Source: an uncultured bacterium (GTDB lineage: Bacteria; Chloroflexota; Dehalococcoidia; Lucifugimonadales; UBA3495). Taken from it: a stretch of 64,000 bases of DNA. Shown here in pieces: positions 9,185 to 18,094 of this stretch. The number at the start of each line of letters is the position of its first letter. The first letter of the stretch is position 1. Below the pieces are notes generated by a model, which did no database searches, had not been told where the DNA came from, and saw only the letters and a program-made list of their open reading frames with translations. Where the stretch lies: positions 3,623-67,622 of the forward strand of contig CAXEOX010000003.1 in assembly GCA_963997925.1 (NCBI GenBank). Direction: 5' to 3'. The position numbers and the translations under genes were made by a program.

Positions 9185-10219
9185 CTACAGGCGGGGCCCC
9201 GCAAACGTCGCCGATTGCTTCCGGTAAACCTGGATACGGTTGCGGGGGCTTTCGCAGATGAACACGTTGTTGTCATCGTCGACCGTGATGCCGGACGGCG
9301 CCCAGAACAGCCTTTCGCGTTCCATACCCTCGGCGCGGTCCCGTTCCCCCCACATCTCCGCGTTCGCGTCCAACTTGTCCCTGCCCCATTTGGAGACAGT
9401 GGCATCGCCGGTCTTCAGCGTCACGAAGCTGCCGTCGGTGTCGAATACCTGGATCCGGTCGTTCATCCAATCAGCGACGTAGATGACGCCATCTTTGTCC
9501 ACGGCGACATCGGTGGGCCGGTTGAACTGACCTTCGCCGGAACCCGACGAACCGAACTTCATCAGGAATTTGCCGTCAGCGCTGAACTTCTGGATACGGT
9601 CGTTGCGCCAGTCGGCGATGAACACGTTACCTTGGGAGTCGATGTCGATGCCCCAGGGCATGTTGAACTCGCCGTCGCCGCTACCTTCCGTCCCCCATTT
9701 GGACAGGAATTTCCCGTCTTTGGTGAATTTCTGGACCCGGTTATTCAGGCTGTCGACCATGAAGAGATTGTCTTCTTTGTCGAAGGCCATGCCGGACGGG
9801 CGGTTAATCTCGCCATCGCCCGCGCCCTCTTTGATGTCCCATTTGCTTAGGTAGTCGCCGTCCTTGTTAAAGACGGAGATGCGGTTCAGCCATTCGTCGG
9901 CCACGTACACGTCCCCTTGGCTGTCTATGGCGACGCTGGTCGGCCAGACCAGTGAGCCGTCTTCGAAGTTGTATTCGTGGGGTCCCTGGTTGCTGACGCC
10001 CCGGGCGAAGACGTTGATGTATTCTTCGTTAGCGGTGCAGACAACGATCCGAGTACCTTCCGGCCGGTATTCAGGGGAGCGGCACAGCACGTACATCGTG
10101 TCGCTTTCTCCCCTGGCCATCTGGATCGGGTAGGTAAAGCCAGGCCCGAACTGCTCGCCCCGGCCAATGGTGTGGCTGTATTGCAACTGTATATGTGAAA
10201 TCTGGGTGCTAGTAGTCAT
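9185..10219 (-). CDS. NHL repeat-containing six-bladed beta-propeller protein
   Basis: Classical NHL blades, e.g. GEFNMPWGIDIDSQGNVFIADWRNDRIQKF and GQFNRPTDVAVDKDGVIYVADWMNDRIQVF. Confidence 0.8.
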   Translation of the reverse strand: MTTSTQISHIQLQYSHTIGRGEQFGPGFTYPIQMARGESDTMYVLCRSPEYRPEGTRIVVCTANEEYINVFARGVSNQGPHEYNFEDGSLVWPTSVAIDSQGDVYVADEWLNRISVFNKDGDYLSKWDIKEGAGDGEINRPSGMAFDKEDNLFMVDSLNNRVQKFTKDGKFLSKWGTEGSGDGEFNMPWGIDIDSQGNVFIADWRNDRIQKFSADGKFLMKFGSSGSGEGQFNRPTDVAVDKDGVIYVADWMNDRIQVFDTDGSFVTLKTGDATVSKWGRDKLDANAEMWGERDRAEGMERERLFWAPSGITVDDDNNVFICESPRNRIQVYRKQSATFAGPRL

Positions 10220-10261
10220 ATATGCCTCGCAGTAAGTTTGGTTCCTACAGACTCAGATCCT

Positions 10262-11395
10262 CTAGAGATAGGCCATCTGCTCGAAAGAGCCGTTGACTAT
10301 GGGTTTGGCGTCCAGACCCATCCACTTTTCCAACAGGGTGGAGTAGAGCCCGCGGAAGTCGTTGTTGAAAGCGAGGTCGCCCTCGACCAGCTTGTTCTCT
10401 TCCAGGGAAGGGTACTCGCCGTACAGGCCGCCCTTGACGGCATCGCCGATGACGAAGGCGCAACCGCCAGCGCCGTGGTCAGTCCCGGAGCCGTTATCGT
10501 GGACACGGCGTCCGAACTCGGTGAACACCAGTAGGACCACGTTGTCGCTGGCGTTGTGCTCCTTCAAGTCGTCGTAGAAGTCGGCCACGGCATTGGAAGT
10601 CTCGGACCACAGCTTGGTGTGGTTCGCCAACTCCCCGGCATGAGTGTCGAAACTGTTGTACGGGGCGGTGGTGTACATGATCCGCGTTCCCAGATTCGCC
10701 AGATGCACCTGGGCGATGTTTCGCATGTATTGAGCAACCGAATCGGAGCCATACTCCACCGTGGAGGAGTAGGACTCCGGGGCGGTGCTGAGAATGTCGG
10801 CGCCCTTCAAGGCGTCCAGGCCGGTGTGGGCGAAGTAGTCAAGCACCGGGCCTTGACCAATCATTGGCGAGTAAACCCGCGAGAACACGTCTAGAGCCTT
10901 GGTACGCTGTTCCTCAATCTCGATGCCGGTGAGGACGCCGTAGGATTCTAAGTTGCCAACCGAGGCCACCGGAACGCCGGGGGCCACCATGGCTCGGGGA
11001 AGACCGCGCCCGAAGTTCACGCCGGTAAGCACGTTCTCTTTGGTCGGGTCAAGTTCTGCTATCATCCGGCCGAGCCAGCCTTCATCGCCCACTTTTTCCG
11101 GCTCACAGGTGTGCCAGATATCCATGGAGCGGAAGTGGGAACGGCTGGGGGTTGGATAGCCTATGCCCTGAATGATGGCTAGTTTCCCATCGTCGTACAG
11201 GCGCTTCATCGGCGCCATCGCCGGGTTGAAACCAATCTCATCGTTGATTTGTAGAACTTGGTCGTCAGGTACCCGGACCGCTGGCCGGTTGTCGTTATAA
11301 AGGGGGTTGGTGTAAGGAATGATGGTATTCAAACCATCGTTTCCCCCGGACAACTGCAGCACCACCAGTACCGGGTCTTTCTTGGTGGACGTCAT
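10262..11395 (-). CDS. DUF1501 domain protein (sulfatase/alkaline-phosphatase-like fold)
   Basis: LVVLQLSGGNDGLN at the extreme N-terminus and GTDHGAGG near the C-terminus. AGGAGA lies upstream of the ATG. Confidence 0.8.
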   Translation of the reverse strand: MTSTKKDPVLVVLQLSGGNDGLNTIIPYTNPLYNDNRPAVRVPDDQVLQINDEIGFNPAMAPMKRLYDDGKLAIIQGIGYPTPSRSHFRSMDIWHTCEPEKVGDEGWLGRMIAELDPTKENVLTGVNFGRGLPRAMVAPGVPVASVGNLESYGVLTGIEIEEQRTKALDVFSRVYSPMIGQGPVLDYFAHTGLDALKGADILSTAPESYSSTVEYGSDSVAQYMRNIAQVHLANLGTRIMYTTAPYNSFDTHAGELANHTKLWSETSNAVADFYDDLKEHNASDNVVLLVFTEFGRRVHDNGSGTDHGAGGCAFVIGDAVKGGLYGEYPSLEENKLVEGDLAFNNDFRGLYSTLLEKWMGLDAKPIVNGSFEQMAYL

Positions 11396-11419
11396 TATTT
11401 CTCCTATGTACTACTGTTT

Positions 11420-11519
11420 CCTTCCCCCTTGATTGGGGAAGGTTAGGATGGGGGTGATACCCCTCATCCTTCGGCTGCGCTCAGGACAGGCTCTCAATCC
11501 TCTCCCACAAGGGGAGAGG
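11420..11519. repeat. three consecutive C-run/G-run hairpins in the DUF1800-DUF1501 intergenic spacer
   Basis: CCTTCCCC(11420-27)/GGGGAAGG(11435-42); AGGATGGGGG..CCCCTCATCCT (11445-11470, one bulge); CCTCTCCC(11499-506)-ACAA-GGGGAGAGG(11511-19). Confidence 0.6.
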
Positions 11520-11525
11520 AGGCTT

Positions 11526-12932
11526 CTATGCAAATAGGTACTCGGTGGTGGCTACGATGGATTGGAGCATCTGACCTACTCGGGTCTCGAACTCCGGTGT
11601 GCCGGTGCGGAGATCGCCGTCGGCCTTGGCCAAGGCAAGTAGCTCGTTCCGGGTCACGTCGGCGAGCACATAAGCTCCCAACATGTCGAGACATCCGTCC
11701 ACCAACTGCTCCGCAGTGATGGTCGGGCCTTGAGCGCCCAGCCGCTGGATGATGGACTGGATGCCGGGGTGGCTGGTGTTGCCGACAGCGTCGGCGGTAA
11801 AGTTGATTCGCTCCACCAATGTGCCGCTGTCGATCCATTCCCGGCCCGTGTGCCAGCCTTCGACTGTGGGCGGGTTCATGAGGTCTTGGCCCATGTAGCG
11901 GATGTTAAGCGACATTGCATTCATGCCGGGCTTGGGCATACTGAAATCGCCCACCAACCGCATGGTTCCGACCACCGTCTCGGTGGGGCTCTTCACCTTG
12001 GTGAAGCGAGAGTTCTTGAAAGCATCGGATTTGAACAGCACCCGCAACATGGAGCGGATGTCGTAGTTGGTGCGGAAGTACTCGTCTTCCAACGATTTGA
12101 TGGTCGCCGGGTCGCCCGGAGGAGTGTTCTGCCAGGCGGGAACCTGGGGTTCATCGGACACGAAGAAATTGTAGAGGTGACGCGAGATGAACCTGGCGGT
12201 GCCGGCTTGCTTGGCGACGATGTTGATGATGTCCTCGCCGTTCCAGTTCCCGGTCTCGCCCAAGAAAGTCTTCTCGCCGAAGTCGTGGTCGTTGGAGTCG
12301 TAGATGAACTTCGCTTCGTACTTGCCGTAGGGATACCGGGGGATGGAGTTGGTCACGGTCCATCCGGTGAAGGCCCGTGCGCACTCCTTGACGTCGTCCT
12401 CGGTGTAGTTGACTTCGCCGTCCATGCCAACGCCCATGGAGAACAACTCCAACAATTCCCGGCCCCAGTTCTCGTTGATGGCGTCTTTGTGGCTCATGCA
12501 GTTGTCCAGGTAGAACATCATGGCCGGGTCTTTGGCCAATCCCTGTAGGAGGTTGTCGAACTTGCCCAGACCGTCGCGGCGGAACATGTCAAATTCGATG
12601 GTTTGCTGCTTGGGGTACTCGCACTTAGCGTGGCCGGTGACAAAGATCTGATGCCAGAAGAGGGCAATCTTTTCTTCCAGCGGCCGCTTAGTGTTAATCA
12701 TCCGGTAGGTCCATTCTTCCTGCTGGCCTTCTAGGCCGGCCTGGGAGACCCACTGGGGCTGATAACGCATCATCAAGTCTTTCTCTAGCTCGGGTTGACC
12801 TTCCGGATCGAGCAACTCGTCTACCGTCGCCTCGTAGCCCTTGGCGGCGCGAGCCTCCAATTCCTCGAAGGTTGCTCCGAAGCCGGCACGACGCATCAGA
12901 TGTGCCATTAACGCTATCTCTTTATCTGCCAT
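11526..12932 (-). CDS. DUF1800 domain protein
   Basis: N-terminal HLMRRAGFGAT signature. Size ~470 aa. Sits in the usual partnership directly upstream of a DUF1501 gene. Confidence 0.8.
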   Translation of the reverse strand: MADKEIALMAHLMRRAGFGATFEELEARAAKGYEATVDELLDPEGQPELEKDLMMRYQPQWVSQAGLEGQQEEWTYRMINTKRPLEEKIALFWHQIFVTGHAKCEYPKQQTIEFDMFRRDGLGKFDNLLQGLAKDPAMMFYLDNCMSHKDAINENWGRELLELFSMGVGMDGEVNYTEDDVKECARAFTGWTVTNSIPRYPYGKYEAKFIYDSNDHDFGEKTFLGETGNWNGEDIINIVAKQAGTARFISRHLYNFFVSDEPQVPAWQNTPPGDPATIKSLEDEYFRTNYDIRSMLRVLFKSDAFKNSRFTKVKSPTETVVGTMRLVGDFSMPKPGMNAMSLNIRYMGQDLMNPPTVEGWHTGREWIDSGTLVERINFTADAVGNTSHPGIQSIIQRLGAQGPTITAEQLVDGCLDMLGAYVLADVTRNELLALAKADGDLRTGTPEFETRVGQMLQSIVATTEYLFA

Positions 12933-12968
12933 CCTTGCCCTCCCTATAATGATTATAATCTGATATCG

Positions 12969-12997
12969 GTTTTACCATAGCGATTATAGCGTGTCAA
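12969..12997 (-). promoter_or_regulatory. candidate sigma-70-type promoter for the DUF1800 operon
   Basis: Minus strand: TTGACA (12997-12992), 17-nt spacer, TAAAAC (12974-12969). A perfect TATAAT also lies at 12957-12952 but has no good -35. Confidence 0.3.
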
Positions 12998-13350
12998 GCT
13001 CCAACTACGGCAATCCCTTACCAGTCATCTTACGAAACCGTCCGGCGCTCCAAGCGATACCTGCTTCGCCTGTGATTAGACAAGCGGCCTAACAGCGGCG
13101 GATTCCGATTCCACGTTGGTGACCACCACATGTTATTCTGCGCCATGTTCTACGTCAACATTGTTATTGATGTCACAATCGAGACATGGACGAAGGTAAG
13201 CTAAAACTGTTGGTAGGCTTCACTTATAGAAGGGGATAAGCCACGCACTCTCCTCTACCCGTAGGACATTCCCTGGCCGTCCCGAACCCTATCCCGCCCG
13301 CTGTAATATGCGAGCCGGAAGGCTTCATAGATACAGATAAGGAGTTCATC

Positions 13351-14145
13351 ATGGAATTAGGACTTGAAGGAAAAGTAGCCATCGTCACCGGTGGCAGCAA
13401 AGGCATCGGCAGGGCCACGGCCCTCTGCTTGGCGCAAGAAGGAGCCAATGTTGTCATCTGCGCCCGGGGCGTGGAAGACTTGGAGGAGGCGGCGTCGGCG
13501 ATATCCGAGATATCTGGCCGGCCCGTTCTATCGGTCAGGGCCGATATGACAGTTCTTGAGGATATCCAAAACCTGGTGGCCACTACCGTGTCCGAGCTGG
13601 GTGGGGTGGACATCCTGGTGAACAACGCCGTGAACTCGGTGGCTGCGCCCTTCTTGGAACTGTCTGACGAAGATTGGCTGAACCACATCAACGTGAAGGT
13701 CATGGGCTACGTTCGCTGCTCCCGGGAGGTCGTTCCCCACATGGAGCGCCGGGGCGGTGGCCGCATCATCAACATCGGCGGGATGGCGGCACGGAACGCC
13801 GGAAACCTCACAAACAGCAACGGCGTCACCAACTCGGCCGTCTCCAACATCGCCAAGAACCTGGGCGACCAAGTAGCCCACCTGGGCATCCTAGTGAACT
13901 GCATCCACCCCGGCACCACCCGAACTCCCAGACAAGTCGAGCTACTGGAACGCCGCGCCCGCGACGCCAACATCACCGTGGAAGAAGCGGAGCGCCGCAC
14001 GGTCAGCGAGATTCCCATCGGCCGGATGGTGGAGCCCGAAGAGGTTGCCAGCCTTGTCCTGTTCCTGGTATCGGAAAAAGCCAGCGCCATCACCGGGCAG
14101 ACTATTGCAGTGGAAGGGGGAGCGGGAAGGGGGGTTAATTATTGA
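13351..14145 (+). CDS. SDR-fold (FabG-like) protein lacking the canonical Ser/Tyr/Lys catalytic residues
   Basis: TGGSKGIG and NNAV cofactor motifs and the PG motif are present. A gapless alignment to E. coli FabG (from memory) puts Gly, Asn, Asn at the Ser, Tyr, Lys positions. Confidence 0.75.
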   Translation: MELGLEGKVAIVTGGSKGIGRATALCLAQEGANVVICARGVEDLEEAASAISEISGRPVLSVRADMTVLEDIQNLVATTVSELGGVDILVNNAVNSVAAPFLELSDEDWLNHINVKVMGYVRCSREVVPHMERRGGGRIINIGGMAARNAGNLTNSNGVTNSAVSNIAKNLGDQVAHLGILVNCIHPGTTRTPRQVELLERRARDANITVEEAERRTVSEIPIGRMVEPEEVASLVLFLVSEKASAITGQTIAVEGGAGRGVNY

Positions 14146-14271
14146 GGGTGGGCAAGAACTCAACGCCGGTTGACCGGCTCAATACGTGGTTTAATAGTTC
14201 GGGCCGTCCCAGAGAATCATATCCTCAGTTGACGACCGGCTATTCCAAACAACGACCCACAATCGGAGGCT

Positions 14272-15483
14272 ATGCTGAATTTCGTTACTAAAGCGCCCCA
14301 GTCCCGCCGCGTCCTAGTTTTCGGCTCGGCTATGCACGTCTGGAACGACCTATTTATCGCGCTCATGGTCCCCCTGCTTCCCTTCATAAAAGAGGACTTG
14401 GATCTTTCCTTCACGGAAGTCGGACTGCTGAAATCGGTGTTCACCGGCGCCACTGCGATTCTTCAGATTCCTTCCGGGCTTCTAGCCGAGACGACGGGCG
14501 AGTTCTGGCTTCTGGTTTTCGGAAACGTCTGGGTCGGTATAGGTCTGGTTGCGATGGCCCTGTCATCTTCCTTCGCTATCTTACTAGGCCTGAGTTTCCT
14601 GGGCGGCTTGGGTGGGGGCGCCCAGCATCCGCTGGCCTCCAGCATGGTTTCGCGGGCCTACGAAGACGGAGGCCGATCCACCGCTGTGGGTACCGTGAAC
14701 TTCGCTGGCGACATCGGCAAGATGATTGCGCCTCTGATAGCCGGGGCAGTGGCCATCTCGTTTGGATGGCGCGCTGCTTTGTGGGTAACCGGAGTGGCCA
14801 GCTTGGCATTCATGCTCGTAACTGCGATGGCCCGCCGGAACATCGATATCGGCAGGCCTGTTCAGGAGATATCTACCGAATCACAGAGCGGTGGTGGTTC
14901 GGTCCAGATGGGCGGATTTGTCACCCTGAGCGGCGTCGGGTTTCTGGACTCCGCTACCAGGGGAGCGGCCTTGGCATTCCTTCCCTTCGTGATGGTCGCC
15001 AAAGACATGACTCCAGCTCAGGTCACCGGGATGCTGTTCTTCCTGTTCATGGGCGGTGCGATCGGGAAGTACGTCGTCGGGTTGTTGGGGGAAAGATTTG
15101 GCGCAGTGAGCTTGATCTGGGGAACCAAGGGCATGACGGCCCTGCTATTGATATCCGCCTTGACGGTCCCGCCCCTGGGAATGATTCCGCTGATGTTAAT
15201 CCTGGGCGTCGGTCTCAACGGAACATCCTCGGCGCTGTATGCCGCCGTAGCGGATTTCGTGCCGGCCCATCGACGAGCCCGATTGTTCGGGGTTTTCTAT
15301 ACAACTAATGAGGTCGGCACGGTGTTAGCCCCCATAATCTACGGCGTCATTGCCGACGCCTACAGCCTCAGCACCACCATGGTGGTCATGGGCCTAGCCA
15401 CCTCAGCCATCCTGCCCGCCAGCCTAGCCTTGCGGCCTCACCTGTCCGAGGCCAAAGCGTCGGAGAGGGAACGGGTGGGCTGA
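14272..15483 (+). CDS. MFS transporter
   Basis: About 12 hydrophobic segments and 403 aa. The SD-to-ATG spacing is short, so the start is uncertain. Confidence 0.75.
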   Translation: MLNFVTKAPQSRRVLVFGSAMHVWNDLFIALMVPLLPFIKEDLDLSFTEVGLLKSVFTGATAILQIPSGLLAETTGEFWLLVFGNVWVGIGLVAMALSSSFAILLGLSFLGGLGGGAQHPLASSMVSRAYEDGGRSTAVGTVNFAGDIGKMIAPLIAGAVAISFGWRAALWVTGVASLAFMLVTAMARRNIDIGRPVQEISTESQSGGGSVQMGGFVTLSGVGFLDSATRGAALAFLPFVMVAKDMTPAQVTGMLFFLFMGGAIGKYVVGLLGERFGAVSLIWGTKGMTALLLISALTVPPLGMIPLMLILGVGLNGTSSALYAAVADFVPAHRRARLFGVFYTTNEVGTVLAPIIYGVIADAYSLSTTMVVMGLATSAILPASLALRPHLSEAKASERERVG

Positions 15484-15606
15484 GGGATGCGAATCGGAGC
15501 CCAGCGGCTCACTGGCCTAACCTGAGTATCCTGGTCGCCGGTTGGTTAGAGTACTTGCTTGAGGCTCAAGATGTCAGTGATTCGAGTCCACCACTATCCC
15601 CCATCC

Positions 15607-17202
15607 CTATCCCCCGCTATACCCCGGTCCATAAACAACCATGCCAGGCCGTGCGCCGGTGTGTTCCCCGCGGTCTATTACGGGGACGCCGTTGACTAGG
15701 ACGTGTTCCACTCCTTGGCAGTACTGTTTGGGGTTCTCGAATGTGCCCCTTTCGCCCACCGTGGCCGGGTCGAAGGCGACGATGTCGGCCCAGCATCCTT
15801 CCCGCAGCAACCCCCGGTCTTGGGCGCGGAGGACTTGGGCCGGCAGGGAGGTCATCTTCCTGATGGCTTCTTCCAGAGGCAACACGCCGTGCTCCCTCAC
15901 GTAGGTCCCCAGCACCCGGCTATTGCTGCCAAAGCTGCGCGGGTGGGGCAATCCGGCAACCTGGTCGTTGAGTGCGCTGCCGTCTGAAGCGATCGATATC
16001 CAAGGAAGCCGCATCACCGTGCGAACGTCTTCCTCGGACATGGTGTGATAGACGCCGCCGGGGAAGGCCCCATTCTCCGCCACCAGGTCGAAGCAGGTCT
16101 CCACCGGGTCGGCGTTGATTCGCTGGCGGGCGATGTCCGCCACCGTCTTGCCCTCGTCGGGTTTAAGCGACTCGTCCGCCACGATCGACATGACGATGCC
16201 CTCCCAGCCCCCGTGTTCCTTCACGTATTGGTCAAACTCCGGGTCTGCTTTCACCCGGTCGCGGAACTGGCGGTCACGGAATCGGGGGATGGTTTCCGAG
16301 CGGGGCGCGTCCTGGATCCACCGGGGCATAAGACGGTGCCACGGGTGCTGCATGGCGGTGTAAGGATATTGGTCGGCAGTCACCTCCAAACCCTCCGCCA
16401 TCGCCGACTGAATCGTATCGATAACCCGCCCGATCTGCCCCCAATGCTCCCGGCCCCGGATCTTCAGGTGGTAGATATGGACCGGGATCCCCGAAGCGCG
16501 GGCGATCTGGAAGGTCTTGTCCAACTCGGTCCCGATGTCGAAACCCTCGCTCCCCACATGGGTGCCGTAGTAGCCTCCGTGCTGGTTGGCGACAACCGCC
16601 ATCTCGATCAGTTCGTCCACGTACTCGGGGCCGCCGGAGTGCCACGCTGCGGATAGACCAACCGCCCCCTGCTCCATCGCTTGGACCACTAGGGAGTTCA
16701 TCTGCTGCAACTCGTCGGGCCCGGCGGCGCGGTCGTCGAAGCCCACCACCGCTCGCCTGATTTGCTGGGGCGCGACACTGGAGGCGATGTTGATGGACGT
16801 GCCCTGCCTAATCAGTTGCTGGAAATAACCGGTGAAGTCGGTCCAGGTTACGTCCACGCCGGACCGGAGCCGTTGCTCCTCCCGGTATTCGTCGGCAGCG
16901 GGGCCAACGACTGGGCCGACGCTGTTGCTTTCGCCGATGACGTCCAAGGTGACACCCTGGCGCACCTTACTCTGCGCGTCTCCATCGGCCAGAACGGTCA
17001 CGTCACTGTGGGTATGAAGGTCGATGAATCCGGGACATACCACCAACCCGCCGGCGTCGATCACGTTATCCGCGTCGGAGGCGGAGATACTGCCGATGCG
17101 GGCAATCTTCCCATGTCGAACCCCGATGTCCGAGTAAAACCAGGGGTTACCGGCGCCATCCACGACCCTTCCGCCGCGGATAGCAACGTCGTATATCGCC
17201 AT
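15607..17202 (-). CDS. N-acyl-D-amino-acid deacylase (D-aminoacylase) family amidohydrolase
   Basis: MAIYDVAIRGGRVVDGAG.. N-terminus, IDLHTHSD metal motif, 531 aa. Confidence 0.8.
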   Translation of the reverse strand: MAIYDVAIRGGRVVDGAGNPWFYSDIGVRHGKIARIGSISASDADNVIDAGGLVVCPGFIDLHTHSDVTVLADGDAQSKVRQGVTLDVIGESNSVGPVVGPAADEYREEQRLRSGVDVTWTDFTGYFQQLIRQGTSINIASSVAPQQIRRAVVGFDDRAAGPDELQQMNSLVVQAMEQGAVGLSAAWHSGGPEYVDELIEMAVVANQHGGYYGTHVGSEGFDIGTELDKTFQIARASGIPVHIYHLKIRGREHWGQIGRVIDTIQSAMAEGLEVTADQYPYTAMQHPWHRLMPRWIQDAPRSETIPRFRDRQFRDRVKADPEFDQYVKEHGGWEGIVMSIVADESLKPDEGKTVADIARQRINADPVETCFDLVAENGAFPGGVYHTMSEEDVRTVMRLPWISIASDGSALNDQVAGLPHPRSFGSNSRVLGTYVREHGVLPLEEAIRKMTSLPAQVLRAQDRGLLREGCWADIVAFDPATVGERGTFENPKQYCQGVEHVLVNGVPVIDRGEHTGARPGMVVYGPGYSGG

Positions 17203-17304
17203 AACTGTTCCCTCCCGTCCGGTGTTATGCGATAGTGTAAATCATCGAGTAGCGGCGGGATAGGCGGGCGAACGGGGCAGCTATCGACTACGAGAGTAGC
17301 CCTG

Positions 17305-18009
17305 ATGCTATACTTGGCCTCCGCCAACCGGCAGCCACCTAGCTTTGTTGTCAAGAGACGAACTGCCTTCGCAGAAGGAGCAATCGGATTGTTAGACCCA
17401 GTCACGCTTGAAAGACGCCATGTTCGGCTCGAACCCATTTCCTTGGACCACATACCAGGCTTGGTTGAGGCGGCGAGTCAGTCTCGGGAAACGTATGGGT
17501 TCACTTATGTTCCGGCGGATGCCGACGCCATGCGTTTATATGTGGAGACGGCGTTGGTTGGGCGGGATGCCGGGACGATGATGCCATTTGCCACCATCGA
17601 CCGGCGTACTGAAAAGGTTGTAGGTTCGACCAGGTTCCACCACATGGAATCCTGGGACTGGCCTGCCGGGGACCCCCGCCAACGTGGCAGGCATCTGCCG
17701 GACGTGGTATATATCGGAACGACGTGGCTTGCGGCTGATGCTCAGCGGACGGGTATAAACCCCGAGGCAAAGCTTTTGATGCTGACCCATGCCTTTGAAA
17801 CTTGGCTGGTTCATCGAGTCAGAATCACAGCGGACTCGCGCAATGAACAGTCGTGCCGCGCCATCCTGCGTCTGGGCATGCACCTTGACGGCGTGGTGCG
17901 GGCAGACCGGGTTGCGCTGGACGGCGCTATCCGGGATTCAGCAACATATTCGATTCTGGATTCGGAGTGGCCGGAGGCCAAGGCTCAGTTGATAGCGCGA
18001 ATGCGTTGA
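17305..18009 (+). CDS. GNAT-family N-acetyltransferase (RimJ/RimL-like)
   Basis: LERRHVRLEPISLDHIPGLVEAA opening and GINPEAKLLMLTHAFE core. The true start may be internal. Confidence 0.65.
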   Translation: MLYLASANRQPPSFVVKRRTAFAEGAIGLLDPVTLERRHVRLEPISLDHIPGLVEAASQSRETYGFTYVPADADAMRLYVETALVGRDAGTMMPFATIDRRTEKVVGSTRFHHMESWDWPAGDPRQRGRHLPDVVYIGTTWLAADAQRTGINPEAKLLMLTHAFETWLVHRVRITADSRNEQSCRAILRLGMHLDGVVRADRVALDGAIRDSATYSILDSEWPEAKAQLIARMR

Positions 18010-18094
18010 TCCATGTGACATGCCGGAGTCCGTGTTACCTCAGCGGCACGGAAACCCTCGATATCATTGGATGCGTTAGGTAGAAGGAGAAACC

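Noticed and set aside
9125-9850. Long ORFs antisense to well-supported genes (e.g. 9125-9850, 11730-12548, 16045-16656, 22536-23318, 30163-30750, 41345-41833, 58073-58702)
   Set aside because: They mirror the frames of GC-rich genes whose opposite-strand translations carry clear family motifs. Their own translations are Arg/Gly/Pro-rich low-information sequence without SD sites. These are typical shadow ORFs.
15541-15600. tRNA-like motifs (GGTTGGTTAGAG D-loop-like and GATTCGAGTCC T-loop-like, spaced about as in a tRNA) in the spacer after the MFS gene
   Set aside because: I could not fold a cloverleaf. The T-stem gives only 3 of 5 pairs, no acceptor-stem complement is found upstream, and the putative anticodon region is a CTTGAG/CTCAAG palindrome with a 1-nt loop. 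At most it is a tRNA fragment or a chance match.
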